Assembly: GCA_963791805.1 (NCBI GenBank)
Contig: CAWBTU010000004.1
Location: 172,163 to 236,162 of the forward strand
Direction: 5' to 3'
DNA length: 64,000 nucleotides
Source: an uncultured Clostridiaceae bacterium
GTDB taxonomy: Bacteria; Bacillota; Clostridia; Clostridiales; Clostridiaceae
The notes beneath the pieces were generated by a model that saw only the letters and a list, made by a program, of their open reading frames with translations, made no database searches and was not told the DNA's origin. The number at the start of each line of letters is the position of its first letter. Position 1 is the first letter of the stretch. The translations under genes were made by a program, and so were the position numbers. This document shows positions 8,597-18,894 of this stretch, in pieces.

Positions 8597-9817
8597 ATGA
8601 AACGTATATTATTTATTGAAACAAATACAACAGGAACTGGATTGCAGGCAATGAAATACGCGAAAAAGCTCGGTTATGAAGTTCATTTTTGGACAAGTGA
8701 TTTGAACCAGTATCGTTTTATGGGAGAACAGCATCCAAGTCAGCTTGCAGATCAAATTGAAACATTAGATACTTTTGACGCTGAGTTCATGCATCAAAAA
8801 ATTTTGAATGAAAACCTGTCTTTTTCTGGAGTACTAGCTTTTGACGATTATCACTTGATGCAATGTGCCTATTTAGCAAAGAAATTGTCACTACCAGGTC
8901 AAAAATTAGAAGCCTTAGCTAAGGTTAGAAACAAAGCAAAAATGCGAGAACATCTTACAGAAGTTGGATTTTCACGTATCAAACAACCAAAATATCAGAT
9001 TGTATCAGAAACAGAGCCGAGTCATTATAATAATATTCCTTTTCCATGCATACTAAAGCCAGTAGATGATAGTGGTAGCAATGGCGTTACTATTTGCCAT
9101 ACCACGGAAGAACTACAGTGTGCACTTGAAATCGAAAAGGATAGGATAGTGAACGAAAGAGGATATAAGTTAGCTCGACAATGGCTGATAGAAGAAAAAA
9201 TAAGTGGTCAGGAATACTCAGCAGAATTGGTCTATCATCATGCAAAATGGAAGCTCATCTCCATCACACGCAAGGAAACATATGGCTCTCATTCCGTAGA
9301 GTGTGGCCATGTATCAGGTACATTTAAAATTAAAAAAGACATTGAACAGGATTTGTCAGAACTTCTTATGGTATTTGATTTAGATTATAGTGCAGCGCAT
9401 GTTGAATTTTTTCAATCGGAAGATGGGTTGTATTTAGTAGAGATTAATCCACGCTTGGCTGGTGATTGCATTCCAGATCTTGTTGAAATTGCTACTGGTG
9501 TCAATATGATACAAAATATTGTGAAGCAGTCTGTAGGTTTGGAAGAGGACCTTATTATATCTAATCATCAGTATGCTGCAATTCAATTCATACTCCCTGA
9601 GCATCAAGGCACTTATTCAGCTGTTTCAGGCGTTGAAAATTTAAAGAATCGTATGGATATAGAGCGCGTTCATATCGGTCCACTTCCTTATACTTCTCAT
9701 GGGATTAAAAGTAGTTACCATAGAATTGGATATGTCATTGCAAAAGCCACTTCTGCAGAAGATGCGCGTCAAATTGCTGTCGAAGCCGTCAATCAATTAG
9801 AATGGAGTGTGAGATAA
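8597..9817 (+). CDS. ATP-grasp domain protein (carboxylate-amine / L-amino-acid ligase-like)
   Basis: 406 aa. N-terminal pre-ATP-grasp (MKRILFIETNTTGTGLQAMKYAKKLGYEV), central ATP-grasp (E..ISGQEYSAELV) and C-terminal VEINPRLAGD. RBS TAGGAGG. Confidence 0.7.
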   Translation: MKRILFIETNTTGTGLQAMKYAKKLGYEVHFWTSDLNQYRFMGEQHPSQLADQIETLDTFDAEFMHQKILNENLSFSGVLAFDDYHLMQCAYLAKKLSLPGQKLEALAKVRNKAKMREHLTEVGFSRIKQPKYQIVSETEPSHYNNIPFPCILKPVDDSGSNGVTICHTTEELQCALEIEKDRIVNERGYKLARQWLIEEKISGQEYSAELVYHHAKWKLISITRKETYGSHSVECGHVSGTFKIKKDIEQDLSELLMVFDLDYSAAHVEFFQSEDGLYLVEINPRLAGDCIPDLVEIATGVNMIQNIVKQSVGLEEDLIISNHQYAAIQFILPEHQGTYSAVSGVENLKNRMDIERVHIGPLPYTSHGIKSSYHRIGYVIAKATSAEDARQIAVEAVNQLEWSVR

Positions 9818-9818
9818 T

Positions 9819-11027
9819 TTGAAAAAGCTTTTAGTGATATTAGGTGCAAGTGAATATGGTGTTTCAGCAGGGAAAAAGCTAGGTTTACAAGTTGTTGTAA
9901 TTAGCCCAAAAGGTGCTAGCATTTCAAGTGAAATCACATCACAGGTAGAAGGTGTTTTCTTTGTAGAAAGCTTAGAAAAAGAAGAATGTGTGTTTAGGCA
10001 GGTACAAAAAATAAAACAGATATACATAAATATTGATCTGATACTTAGCTTTACTGAGCTTGGTTTAGAAACTGCCGCAAAAATTAGTAAAAAGCTAGGT
10101 TTACCAACGAATGAACCCTCAGTGATTCAAGCTACCCGTAACAAGATGATGATGCGAAAGAAATTTCAATCAAGAACAATCCTTTCTTTAGCTTTTCAGT
10201 CAGGTTTTATCAAAGAATTTATCAAAGAACTACCAATGAAACCACCTTTTATTGTAAAACCATTGGATGGGTTTGGAAGTAAGAATATATACTACATATC
10301 AAGTGCGAAAGAGTGGCTCAATTGGTATGAGGAACAACAAGAAAATGATGCTATTCATTGGATTATTGAACCTTATATTAAAGGTAAAGAATACAGTGTT
10401 GAAAGCATTTCTTGTAATGACAACCATCAAATTTTAGGGATCACAGAAAAAACCACAACTGGAAAGCCCCATTTTGTTGAAACAGGTCACAGCGTACCAG
10501 CTAATTTATCCCAGGAGGAAAAACAACACATCGAAGAAATTGTCATTGAAGCATTATATTGTCTAGATGTTAGATATGGTCCATGTCATACAGAAGTGAA
10601 GTATGATAAAATGACCAATCAAGTCTCAATTATTGAGGTTCACACAAGACCAGGAGGAGATTTTATACCTTATTTACACGAACTTTCTTCTGGTTTGAAT
10701 CAGTACGAACTAGGAATACAGTCATATTATTCAAGTGAATGTATTTCATTAGAAATGAGAAAAAAACTTTCATACAGTATGATAGAATTCTTTGTTTTTC
10801 CAGAAGGAATCTTAATGGAAAAAGGACTTTCCTTTCCAATGCAAAAAGAGTATACCAAAGCATTGGATATATATTATAATATAGGAGATGAAATCAAAGA
10901 GACCGTTGATTCTTGCTCTAGAGGTGGTCATGTGATTGTTTGTTCTTCTGATAAAGAGAAAAGTATACAGCTACTACAAGAGTGCAAAGAGAATATCACT
11001 TTAAAAATAAAAAATAAAGGTATGTGA
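9819..11027 (+). CDS. ATP-grasp domain protein (second paralog)
   Basis: 402 aa, TTG start 1 nt after the previous stop. KKLLVILGASEYGVSAGKKLG...IIEPYIKGKEYSVESI...EVHTRPGGD. Confidence 0.7.
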   Translation: MKKLLVILGASEYGVSAGKKLGLQVVVISPKGASISSEITSQVEGVFFVESLEKEECVFRQVQKIKQIYINIDLILSFTELGLETAAKISKKLGLPTNEPSVIQATRNKMMMRKKFQSRTILSLAFQSGFIKEFIKELPMKPPFIVKPLDGFGSKNIYYISSAKEWLNWYEEQQENDAIHWIIEPYIKGKEYSVESISCNDNHQILGITEKTTTGKPHFVETGHSVPANLSQEEKQHIEEIVIEALYCLDVRYGPCHTEVKYDKMTNQVSIIEVHTRPGGDFIPYLHELSSGLNQYELGIQSYYSSECISLEMRKKLSYSMIEFFVFPEGILMEKGLSFPMQKEYTKALDIYYNIGDEIKETVDSCSRGGHVIVCSSDKEKSIQLLQECKENITLKIKNKGM

Positions 11028-11031
11028 TTAG

Positions 11032-12096
11032 ATGGCAGTTTTTGCAAAAACCCCCGTATGGAAGAGAAGTATCGTGAAAGTAAGGATTTCGCAAGTTTTT
11101 GAGATGATGACCTACCTTCGCTATTGTTATTTGGAACGCGATGAAGACGATATATTACTTAAAGAATTCTATATAGACCATAGCAATTTATTAGAAAAAT
11201 ATTATGGCAATTTCGAATATGGGTCACAATTCGCAGAATGTGTTCTTGGGCTTGGAGAGGATCACAGTATTGATGCATTCTTTCATTATCTCAATGAGGT
11301 TTCCAAAGAGGAATTCCTATTCTACTTATTGGGTAGATACATACCACTCGATCAACTTTCAGATATTTTGTTCCACAATCCACATCCAACTGTTCAAATA
11401 GAAAGAATGATTAAAGAGATGGATGGCCTTGTCAACCCTGAACAATTGGCATTTGTTGAAAATTATGAGGCTTATAGCCAAGAACTCTTCAAACTATGGA
11501 AAGATTTTTACGATGCTTATTTCATTCAAAAATCGAGTACTCTTGAGGAATCCTGGAGAAAAGTAAATAAACAATTAGAGTTAGACCTTAAAACCAATAG
11601 TTTAGACGATGTCATCTCAAAGCTATTAGTAGGCTACGACTTACCAAAACAATTTCCAAGTAAAGAAACAGAAGATATCTACCTGTATCCATCTTTCTCA
11701 GTTTCTCCTAAATTTATGATAATCTGGGGGTTAGGTCAACTTCATATTGTATATAATGCTTTCTTATACGCAAATAACTTAGATCAAAATCATCAGCTAA
11801 TAGAAAAAATACATGACGAAACCATGTTAGAGGATATATCTGATTTTAGTAAATCTTTGTCAGAGATAATTAGGTTGCAAATATTACTATTGATTGCTAA
11901 AACTTCTAAAATTAAAGCACAATTAATTGCACAAGAACTAGATATTAGCACTGCTACGGTATCTAGACATTTAAGCACGTTAAAACAAAATAAAATCATT
12001 TTAGAACAAAAAGAAATGGGATGTAACATATACCAAATTAACAAGGACGCTTTTGAAGACTATTTTCAGTGTATCCGTAGGTTAGTAATTAAATAG
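11032..12096 (+). CDS. transcriptional regulator: C-terminal ArsR-type winged HTH, ~260-aa uncharacterized N-terminal domain
   Basis: C-terminal LIAQELDISTATVSRHLSTLKQNKII matches the ArsR/SmtB recognition helix. The N-terminal 260 aa show no recognisable motif. It is the last gene of the operon. Confidence 0.6.
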   Translation: MAVFAKTPVWKRSIVKVRISQVFEMMTYLRYCYLERDEDDILLKEFYIDHSNLLEKYYGNFEYGSQFAECVLGLGEDHSIDAFFHYLNEVSKEEFLFYLLGRYIPLDQLSDILFHNPHPTVQIERMIKEMDGLVNPEQLAFVENYEAYSQELFKLWKDFYDAYFIQKSSTLEESWRKVNKQLELDLKTNSLDDVISKLLVGYDLPKQFPSKETEDIYLYPSFSVSPKFMIIWGLGQLHIVYNAFLYANNLDQNHQLIEKIHDETMLEDISDFSKSLSEIIRLQILLLIAKTSKIKAQLIAQELDISTATVSRHLSTLKQNKIILEQKEMGCNIYQINKDAFEDYFQCIRRLVIK

Positions 12097-12110
12097 AACA
12101 AATTTAAACC

Positions 12111-12139
12111 AAGCCAAGCTAACCCTTGGCTTTTTTATT
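12111..12139 (+). terminator. intrinsic terminator
   Basis: GCCAAGcuaaccCUUGGC followed by UUUUUUAUUUU. Confidence 0.6.
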
Positions 12140-12236
12140 TTGGCATATAAGGCTTATACACTGCATTTCAAAACCTTATTCATGGTCATACTCAAGATGA
12201 TATTTATTCTCGTCGTATGCTGCACAAGGTTTAAAT

Positions 12237-13259
12237 TCATATAATATATTTAATTTCTTTATCTTTAAATAATCCTTCTATCTCTTCTATGAAGAATTCT
12301 TTTATTGAATCTAGATTTTCTTTTGGGTATACATACTTTCCATATCCAAATTGTCCAAATTTAAACTTGCGTTCTTCATCATTCATTGGTAGTTGACTCT
12401 CAGGAAATATATCAAGTATTCTATTTTTAGCTATTATTGTATAGCGGTGAGATATAATCTCAAAAGTTACAGGATACTTTAAATTATTTGGTATTTTTGT
12501 GGATAATTCTAATAATAAATCATGATATTCATCTCTCCAATTAGGATAAATAAATATTGGTGCAATTAAAAATCCCATAGGGTACCCTGCTTTAGCAACT
12601 CTAATGCTTGCTTCTATTCTTTTATCAAGAGAAGCTGTAAAATGTTCATATTGGTTTATTATCGAAGAAGTATTAATACTAAATCTTATTTCTGTATGAC
12701 CCTTATGTTCTAAATTAAGTAATGAATCTATATCATTGTACTTTGTTACAAATCTAAATCTAGCATTTTCGTTACTAGCAAAAAATCTAATAGCTTTATC
12801 TATGGAATGTGTATAGGGTTCTACTGGTATTGGGTCAGAGGTTGCAGCTCCTTCAAATATAGTTATTTCAGGTAATCTATCCTTTATGTATTTTTGAGCT
12901 TCATTGAGAATATCATCTATATTTGCATGAACTCTTATAAAAGGCTTATCCCCTAACTTAGTATTTAAGTAACAGTACTCACATTGCCCCATACAACCTG
13001 ATACTAATGGAAGCTGATAATGGGCTGAAGGTTTACATGATTGAAACTTTAAACTCTTCTTCGATCCAACGACTAAAGTCTTCTTACCCTCTCTATATTG
13101 AGTGAATAAATTGTCACCAGGAATATGCTGCTTCAGTTTATTTGAAGTCAAGTTTATAATTTCCGTATTATCCTTATTTTTAAACTTGTCAAAAATCTCC
13201 CTAGCCATTTGGTATTCTAATGAATCTTTCTCAAATACAATCCTTTCGGGCTTAAACAT
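12237..13259 (-). CDS. splB: spore photoproduct lyase (radical SAM)
   Basis: CMGQCEYCYL radical-SAM cluster motif and SP-lyase-like sequence throughout. I chose ATG 13259 (RBS GGAGAGGGG) rather than the upstream in-frame ATG at 13364. Confidence 0.8.
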   Translation of the reverse strand: MFKPERIVFEKDSLEYQMAREIFDKFKNKDNTEIINLTSNKLKQHIPGDNLFTQYREGKKTLVVGSKKSLKFQSCKPSAHYQLPLVSGCMGQCEYCYLNTKLGDKPFIRVHANIDDILNEAQKYIKDRLPEITIFEGAATSDPIPVEPYTHSIDKAIRFFASNENARFRFVTKYNDIDSLLNLEHKGHTEIRFSINTSSIINQYEHFTASLDKRIEASIRVAKAGYPMGFLIAPIFIYPNWRDEYHDLLLELSTKIPNNLKYPVTFEIISHRYTIIAKNRILDIFPESQLPMNDEERKFKFGQFGYGKYVYPKENLDSIKEFFIEEIEGLFKDKEIKYII

Positions 13260-13331
13260 ATTTTCCCCTCTCCTTGCTTTATTTACAAAAGTATTATTAT
13301 TATTTTCTGAAACTCCAATAATATTCAAATA

Positions 13332-13368
13332 TTTTTTTGGTGCCAGGCACGTGACAAGTGACAAGTGA
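13332..13368. promoter_or_regulatory. 37-nt conserved motif, copy A (identical to the RC of 26751-26787)
   Basis: TTTTTTTGGTGCCAGGCACGTGACAAGTGACAAGTGA. It contains the palindromes GTGCCaGGCAC and CACGTG and 2.5 direct repeats of GTGACAA. It lies 69 nt upstream of the 13437 start and 73 nt upstream of divergent splB. Confidence 0.5.
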
Positions 13369-13436
13369 AATATTGGACTAAACTCTTAATTTTGATTATA
13401 ATAATACTGAATGAAAAACAGAACGGAGTAGATAGA

Positions 13437-14612
13437 ATGAACAAACAGGATTTAGCTGCAATAAAGAAAGAACTAAAAATAGAAAATACTATGCTTAAAG
13501 TTAAAGAAATTTATAGCATTTACTTAAAGAAGGATAATGAAACTATTATTCATTCAGAACTTGAATATTTTGAAAGCTTTGATAGTGAAAAGCAAGAATT
13601 GTACTTGAATAACTTTAAAAAAATATTAACTGGAGCCTTAGACACAAAGATCTTTGAATTAAATTTTATACCTCTACATGATCAACAGCCAGGAGAATAC
13701 AATGCTCCAAATGTGCTGTATAAAGCAGTAAAAGCTGAAAAGGATAGCTTTGCAACAGAGGCTGATAAAGTAATTAAAAAAATAACTGAAAACTATAAAT
13801 ATGAAACTGATGTAATTGTCACTTTCATTAGAGCAGAATACTTTAAGGGAGCTAATAAGAGACGCAGCAGAGAAGCTGAAGAGGCTGTTGATGACAATGT
13901 TTATGCATTTGAATTTATGATGTGTAGCGTAAATAAAATAGATTCTCCGAAAAAATCCCTACAATTTGATTTTGTTGAAAGGAGATTTAAAGTTAACTCT
14001 GCATTAGAATCAAATATAAATTTGACAGCACCTGTTGAAGGTTTTATGTTTCCTTGTTTTAATAACAATAGTGCAGATATAAATAAAATTATGTATTATA
14101 CCTCTAAGCCTAAGGAGATTAATACTAATTTTGTCCAAAATATTTTAAACTGTGAAATTAAAAAAACTGCTGAGGAAGAAAAAGAAGAATTTGGACAAAT
14201 ACTTAAAAATATGATTGGTGATACAATTGCACCAGTAACTATGCAAAATATTTATGAAAAACTTTCAGAAAAACTTGAAAATGAGGAAGAAAGTGAAGTA
14301 CCTACTGTTAGCTTTCAAGATGTGAAAAATGTTCTTACAGAAAGTGGCGTTGAGAATATTGAAAAACTTGAAGATGCTTATAAAGAAGTAATAGGTGATG
14401 GAAAGTATGATTTTAAAGTTCAAAATATAGTTCCGGATATGTCTACTAAGTCCGTGAAGATTTCAAATGGAAGTATGAGTCTGTCTATTTCTCCAAGTGA
14501 ACTTAAAAACTTCAGAAAAGTTAAAGATAGTCACGGTAATCCTTGCTTACTCATTGAACTTACTGATGATGTGATTATAGATGGTTTTGAACTTAAAACT
14601 GAAGAAATTTAG
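13437..14612 (+). CDS. hypothetical protein (acidic, Firmicutes-restricted type)
   Basis: Start chosen at ATG 13437 with RBS GGAGTAGATAGA (listed ORF begins at 13365). 392 aa, no recognisable catalytic motif. Confidence 0.55.
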   Translation: MNKQDLAAIKKELKIENTMLKVKEIYSIYLKKDNETIIHSELEYFESFDSEKQELYLNNFKKILTGALDTKIFELNFIPLHDQQPGEYNAPNVLYKAVKAEKDSFATEADKVIKKITENYKYETDVIVTFIRAEYFKGANKRRSREAEEAVDDNVYAFEFMMCSVNKIDSPKKSLQFDFVERRFKVNSALESNINLTAPVEGFMFPCFNNNSADINKIMYYTSKPKEINTNFVQNILNCEIKKTAEEEKEEFGQILKNMIGDTIAPVTMQNIYEKLSEKLENEEESEVPTVSFQDVKNVLTESGVENIEKLEDAYKEVIGDGKYDFKVQNIVPDMSTKSVKISNGSMSLSISPSELKNFRKVKDSHGNPCLLIELTDDVIIDGFELKTEEI

Positions 14613-14671
14613 TAATACTTTACAAATTGATTTATTAATATTATAATGAGTTAAAATTATAACTGAATAAA

Positions 14672-14838
14672 ATTAACTAGGGGTGCCCTTTGGCTGAGAT
14701 GGTTATTTAACCAATCCCTTTGAACCTGATGTAGTTAGTACTACCGTAGGAAAGTTATTTACCTTAATTATTGTGATTGAATTATTGCGATAAATTTACT
14801 TAGGAAGCTTTACCTTATGGAAAAGCTTCCTTTTTGTA
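14672..14838 (+). ncRNA. TPP riboswitch (THI element) with terminator expression platform
   Basis: CUAGGGGUGCCC..GGCUGAGA..ACCC.UUGAACCUGAUGUAGUUAGUACUACCGUAGGAAAG matches the THI-box consensus. Terminator GGAAGCUUUaccuuauggAAAAGCUUCC + UUUUUG (14803-14836). Promoter TTTACA-N17-TATAAT at ~14623-14651. Confidence 0.85.
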
Positions 14839-14858
14839 TTCCTTAGGAGGTGAAAACT

Positions 14859-15053
14859 GTGATTATCAATGGTAAAATCATGAAATTTGAAGATGAAATA
14901 ACAATAGCTTCCCTACTTAAAGAGTTAAATTTACCTCAAGAAAAAGTAGTTGTAGAAGTGAATTTTCAAATTATATCAAAGGAACTTTATTTAACCCATA
15001 AGCTTTATGACGCTGACAGTATAGAAATTGTAAGCTTTGTTGGAGGTGGTTAA
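14859..15053 (+). CDS. thiS: sulfur carrier protein ThiS
   Basis: About 65 aa ending VSFVGGG. GTG start 8 nt after AGGAGG (the listed ORF starts 9 nt earlier at 14850). Confidence 0.75.
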   Translation: MIINGKIMKFEDEITIASLLKELNLPQEKVVVEVNFQIISKELYLTHKLYDADSIEIVSFVGGG

Positions 15054-15056
15054 AAA

Positions 15057-15650
15057 TTGAACATGGAAAATGAATTAGAAAAATTAAAAAATGCTAAAGT
15101 TGGGATAGCTGGACTTGGTGGAATCGGTTCAAATGTGGCAGTATCCCTTACAAGAACAGGAATCGGAAAACTAGTTCTAATTGATTTTGATAAGGTAGAA
15201 AGAAGTAATTTAAATAGGCAGCAATATTTTCTTAAACATATTGACATGTACAAAACTGAAGCATTAAAAGAAATATTGTATGATATTAATCCTCACATCA
15301 TTCTTGAAACTAAAAATATCTTTGTTCATGAAGATAATATACAAGAATTATTTAAAGATGTAGATATAATAGTGGAAGCCTTTGATAGCTCTGAATGCAA
15401 AGCGACTCTGGTTAATACTATTTTATTAAAAATGTCAAGCATTCCAGTGGTGGCTTCTTCTGGAATGGCAGGCTACTTTTCCAGCAATCTAATAAAAACT
15501 AGAAAAGTAGGAAGTAATTTTTATTTAGCTGGTGATGAGTTTTCTGACATAGAGCTCGGCTATATGCCCTTAGCACCTAGGGTTAATATAGTAGCAAATC
15601 ATCAAGCAAACATGGTTCTTAGGCTTATCCTAGGAGAAACAAAGGTGTAG
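15057..15650 (+). CDS. thiF: thiazole biosynthesis adenylyltransferase ThiF (short form)
   Basis: ThiF/MoeB fold: VGIAGLGGIGSNVAVSLTRTGIGKLVLIDFDKVERSNLNRQ. Confidence 0.8.
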   Translation: MNMENELEKLKNAKVGIAGLGGIGSNVAVSLTRTGIGKLVLIDFDKVERSNLNRQQYFLKHIDMYKTEALKEILYDINPHIILETKNIFVHEDNIQELFKDVDIIVEAFDSSECKATLVNTILLKMSSIPVVASSGMAGYFSSNLIKTRKVGSNFYLAGDEFSDIELGYMPLAPRVNIVANHQANMVLRLILGETKV

Positions 15651-15674
15651 TTTTTTTAGAAAGAAGTGTAATAA

Positions 15675-16451
15675 ATGGACAATCTAATTATAGGTGGCGT
15701 TGAGCTTAGAAATAGGTTACTAATAGGTACAGGTAAATTTTGCAACAATTCTATTGTACCTAAAGTAATAGAAGGCTGTGGTGCTCAAGTAGTAACTATG
15801 GCACTTAGACGAGTTGATATAGATTCTAAAGAAGACAATATTATAGAGTACATACCTAAGAATTGTATACTACTACCAAATACTTCTGGTGCTAGAAATG
15901 CAGAGGAAGCTGTTAGAATTGCTAGACTAGGAAAAGCTATGGGTTGTGGCAACTGGGTTAAAATCGAAGTTATTTCTGATAATAAATACCTACTTCCGGA
16001 TAATCAGGAAACTATAAAGGCTACAGAAATTCTTGCTAAAGAAGGCTTTATCGTACTTCCCTATATGAGTCCTGATCTAATGGCTGCAAGAAGATTACTA
16101 GACGCAGGTGCTGCAGCCATAATGCCTTTAGGTTCCCCTATTGGAACAAATCGTGGTATACAAACTAAAGAATTAATTCAAATATTGATAGATGAAATTA
16201 CATTACCAATTATAGTGGATGCAGGTATTGGAAAGCCTTCTGATGCAGCTTTAGCAATGGAAATGGGAGCAGGCGCTGTACTTGTAAACACTGCTATTGC
16301 TACTTCAAATGATCCAATTAAAATGGCTGAAGCCTTTTCTCTAGCTGTTAGGGCTGGGAGACTAGCTTATATTTCTAAGCTAGGGGCACAAAATGATATA
16401 GCAATAGCCTCTTCGCCTTTAACAGGTTTTCTACATGAAGGTGATAAATAA
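15675..16451 (+). CDS. thiG: thiazole synthase ThiG
   Basis: 258 aa. ThiG TIM-barrel motifs [17 protein letters not shown] and [11 protein letters not shown]. Confidence 0.85.
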   Translation: MDNLIIGGVELRNRLLIGTGKFCNNSIVPKVIEGCGAQVVTMALRRVDIDSKEDNIIEYIPKNCILLPNTSGARNAEEAVRIARLGKAMGCGNWVKIEVISDNKYLLPDNQETIKATEILAKEGFIVLPYMSPDLMAARRLLDAGAAAIMPLGSPIGTNRGIQTKELIQILIDEITLPIIVDAGIGKPSDAALAMEMGAGAVLVNTAIATSNDPIKMAEAFSLAVRAGRLAYISKLGAQNDIAIASSPLTGFLHEGDK

Positions 16452-17554
16452 TGAGCTTTTATGATTGTTATTCTGAATATAAAGATATGAATTTCCATGA
16501 TTTTTTTAATACTGTTCAGGATGACGATATATTAAAAATACTGAGTAAAGATAAACTTTCTAAATATGATTTTTTATCCTTACTGTCCCCCACTGCTGAA
16601 AAATATTTAGAAAAAATGGCTGAAAAAGCACAAAAATTATCTCTACAACATTTTGGTAAAACCATTCTGTTATATACCCCATTATACTTGTCCAATTACT
16701 GCGTTAATAAATGTGCTTATTGTAGCTATAATATAGAAAATAAAATTAATAGGAAAACCTTAACCTTTGAAGAAATCGAAGCAGAGGCAAAAGCTATTTC
16801 TTCCACAGGGCTTAAGCATATTCTTGTACTTACTGGTGAAAGTAATAAAGAAGCTCCTGTATCCTATATTGCTGAGGCAGTTAAAATTTTAAAAAAATAC
16901 TTTGACTCAATATGTATAGAAATTTATCCCCTAACTAAAGATGAATATTCAATGTTAGTGGAAGCTGGTGTTGATGGTTTAACCATTTATCAAGAAGTTT
17001 ATAATGAAAGCATTTATGATAAAGTTCATATTGCAGGACCAAAGAAAAACTATAAATTCAGGTTAGATGCTCCTGAAAGAGGCTGTTTAGCTAAAATGAG
17101 AAGTGTTAGTATAGGCGCGCTATTAGGACTAGATGACTGGAGAAAAGAAGCCTTTTATACTGGACTACACGCAGATTATCTTCAAAACAAATATTCTGAG
17201 ATGGAAGTAAGTCTATCCATTCCTAGAATAAGACCACATGTAGGAAGTTTTAATGATCTAAGCTTTGTAGAAGATAAAAACTTACTTCAAATTATACTTG
17301 CCTTTAGAATCTTTCTTCCTTATGTTGGCATCAATATTTCCACAAGGGAAAAACAAAGCTTTAGGGACAATTTAATCCCTCTAGGTATTACAAAAATGTC
17401 TGCCGGCGTTTCCACAGAAGTTGGTGGACATACCTCTGGTTCTACTGGAGATAGCCAATTTGAGATAAGTGATGGACGTAATGTTGAACAGGTTAAAAAA
17501 GCTATATTAGATAAAAACTATCAGCCTATATTTAAAGACTGGATGGCACTATAG
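16451..17554 (+). CDS. thiH: 2-iminoacetate synthase ThiH (radical SAM)
   Basis: CVNKCAYCSY radical-SAM motif, 367 aa, start overlapping the thiG stop. Confidence 0.85.
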   Translation: MSFYDCYSEYKDMNFHDFFNTVQDDDILKILSKDKLSKYDFLSLLSPTAEKYLEKMAEKAQKLSLQHFGKTILLYTPLYLSNYCVNKCAYCSYNIENKINRKTLTFEEIEAEAKAISSTGLKHILVLTGESNKEAPVSYIAEAVKILKKYFDSICIEIYPLTKDEYSMLVEAGVDGLTIYQEVYNESIYDKVHIAGPKKNYKFRLDAPERGCLAKMRSVSIGALLGLDDWRKEAFYTGLHADYLQNKYSEMEVSLSIPRIRPHVGSFNDLSFVEDKNLLQIILAFRIFLPYVGINISTREKQSFRDNLIPLGITKMSAGVSTEVGGHTSGSTGDSQFEISDGRNVEQVKKAILDKNYQPIFKDWMAL

Positions 17555-17582
17555 AATAAAATTTAAAGGAGACTAAAAAATT

Positions 17583-18893
17583 ATGTATACAACTCAAATG
17601 GATGCCGCAAAAAAAGGCATAATCACTAAGCAAATGGAAATCGTAGCTAAAAAAGAAAATATGAATGTGGAGACGTTGAGGAACCTTATTGCAGAGGGTA
17701 AAATTGCACTTCCTGCTAATAAAAATCATATTTCCTTAGACCCTGAAGGCGTTGGACAAGGCTTAAAAACAAAAATTAATGTAAATTTAGGTATTTCAAA
17801 AGACTGCTGTGATATCGATGAAGAAATGAAAAAAGTGCAATTAGCTTTGGATATGAAAGCTGAAGCTATAATGGATTTAAGCTCTTTTGGTAAAACAGAA
17901 GAATTCAGACAAAGACTTATTGCCACCTCACCTGCCATGGTAGGAACAGTACCAATTTATGATGCTGTTGGATTTTATGATAAAGAATTAAAAGACATCA
18001 CTTCTAAAGAATTTTTAGAGGTAGTAGAAAAACATGCAAAGGAAGGTGTGGACTTTGTAACTATACATGCGGGTATTAATAAGGAAACTGCCGCAGTTTT
18101 TAAAAGAAATAAAAGACTAACAAACATAGTATCTAGAGGGGGCTCTCTCCTTTATGCTTGGATGGAATTAAACCAAAAGGAAAATCCTTTTTATGAATAT
18201 TTTGATGAGCTTTTAGATATATGTGAAAAATATGATTTAACCTTGAGTCTTGGTGATGCTTGTAGACCTGGCTCTATTAAGGATGCTACTGATGCATGCC
18301 AAATTAAAGAATTGATGGTACTTGGAGAATTAACCTTAAGAGCTTGGGAGAGGAATGTACAAGTTATTATTGAAGGACCTGGTCATATGGCTTTAAATGA
18401 AATTCAAGCAAATATGTTACTTGAAAAAAAATTATGCCATGGTGCACCTTTCTATGTTTTAGGACCAATAGTTACAGATATTGCTCCAGGTTATGATCAC
18501 ATTACAAGTGCCATAGGTGGAGCTTTGGCTGCTAGCTGCGGTGCAGACTTTCTATGCTATGTAACTCCAGCTGAGCATTTAAGACTTCCAAATTTAGAGG
18601 ATGTAAAGGAAGGTATTATTGCAGCAAAAATAGCAGCTCATGCTGGTGATATTGCTAAAAATATTCCTGGTTCAAGAGATATAGATAACGAAATGAGTTT
18701 AGCAAGGCAGCAACTCGATTGGACAAAAATGTTTCAGCTTGCTATTGATCCAGAAAAAGCTATAAGGTATAGAAAAGAATCAACGCCAGAGCATGAAGAT
18801 TCCTGTACTATGTGTGGAAAAATGTGTTCAATGCGAAACATGAATAAAATAATGCAAGGCAAGGATGTTAACATATTGAGAGAAGATACTTAA
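17583..18893 (+). CDS. thiC: phosphomethylpyrimidine synthase ThiC
   Basis: 436 aa. Highly conserved ThiC sequence with C-terminal CTMCGKMCS. Confidence 0.9.
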   Translation: MYTTQMDAAKKGIITKQMEIVAKKENMNVETLRNLIAEGKIALPANKNHISLDPEGVGQGLKTKINVNLGISKDCCDIDEEMKKVQLALDMKAEAIMDLSSFGKTEEFRQRLIATSPAMVGTVPIYDAVGFYDKELKDITSKEFLEVVEKHAKEGVDFVTIHAGINKETAAVFKRNKRLTNIVSRGGSLLYAWMELNQKENPFYEYFDELLDICEKYDLTLSLGDACRPGSIKDATDACQIKELMVLGELTLRAWERNVQVIIEGPGHMALNEIQANMLLEKKLCHGAPFYVLGPIVTDIAPGYDHITSAIGGALAASCGADFLCYVTPAEHLRLPNLEDVKEGIIAAKIAAHAGDIAKNIPGSRDIDNEMSLARQQLDWTKMFQLAIDPEKAIRYRKESTPEHEDSCTMCGKMCSMRNMNKIMQGKDVNILREDT

Positions 18894-18894
18894 A

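Noticed and set aside
13332-13368. Sigma-54 promoter (TGGCAC-N5-TTGC) within the 37-nt motif.
   Set aside because: GGCACG is present, but the -12 element is AAGT or TGAC rather than TTGC. No cognate enhancer-binding protein gene is nearby.
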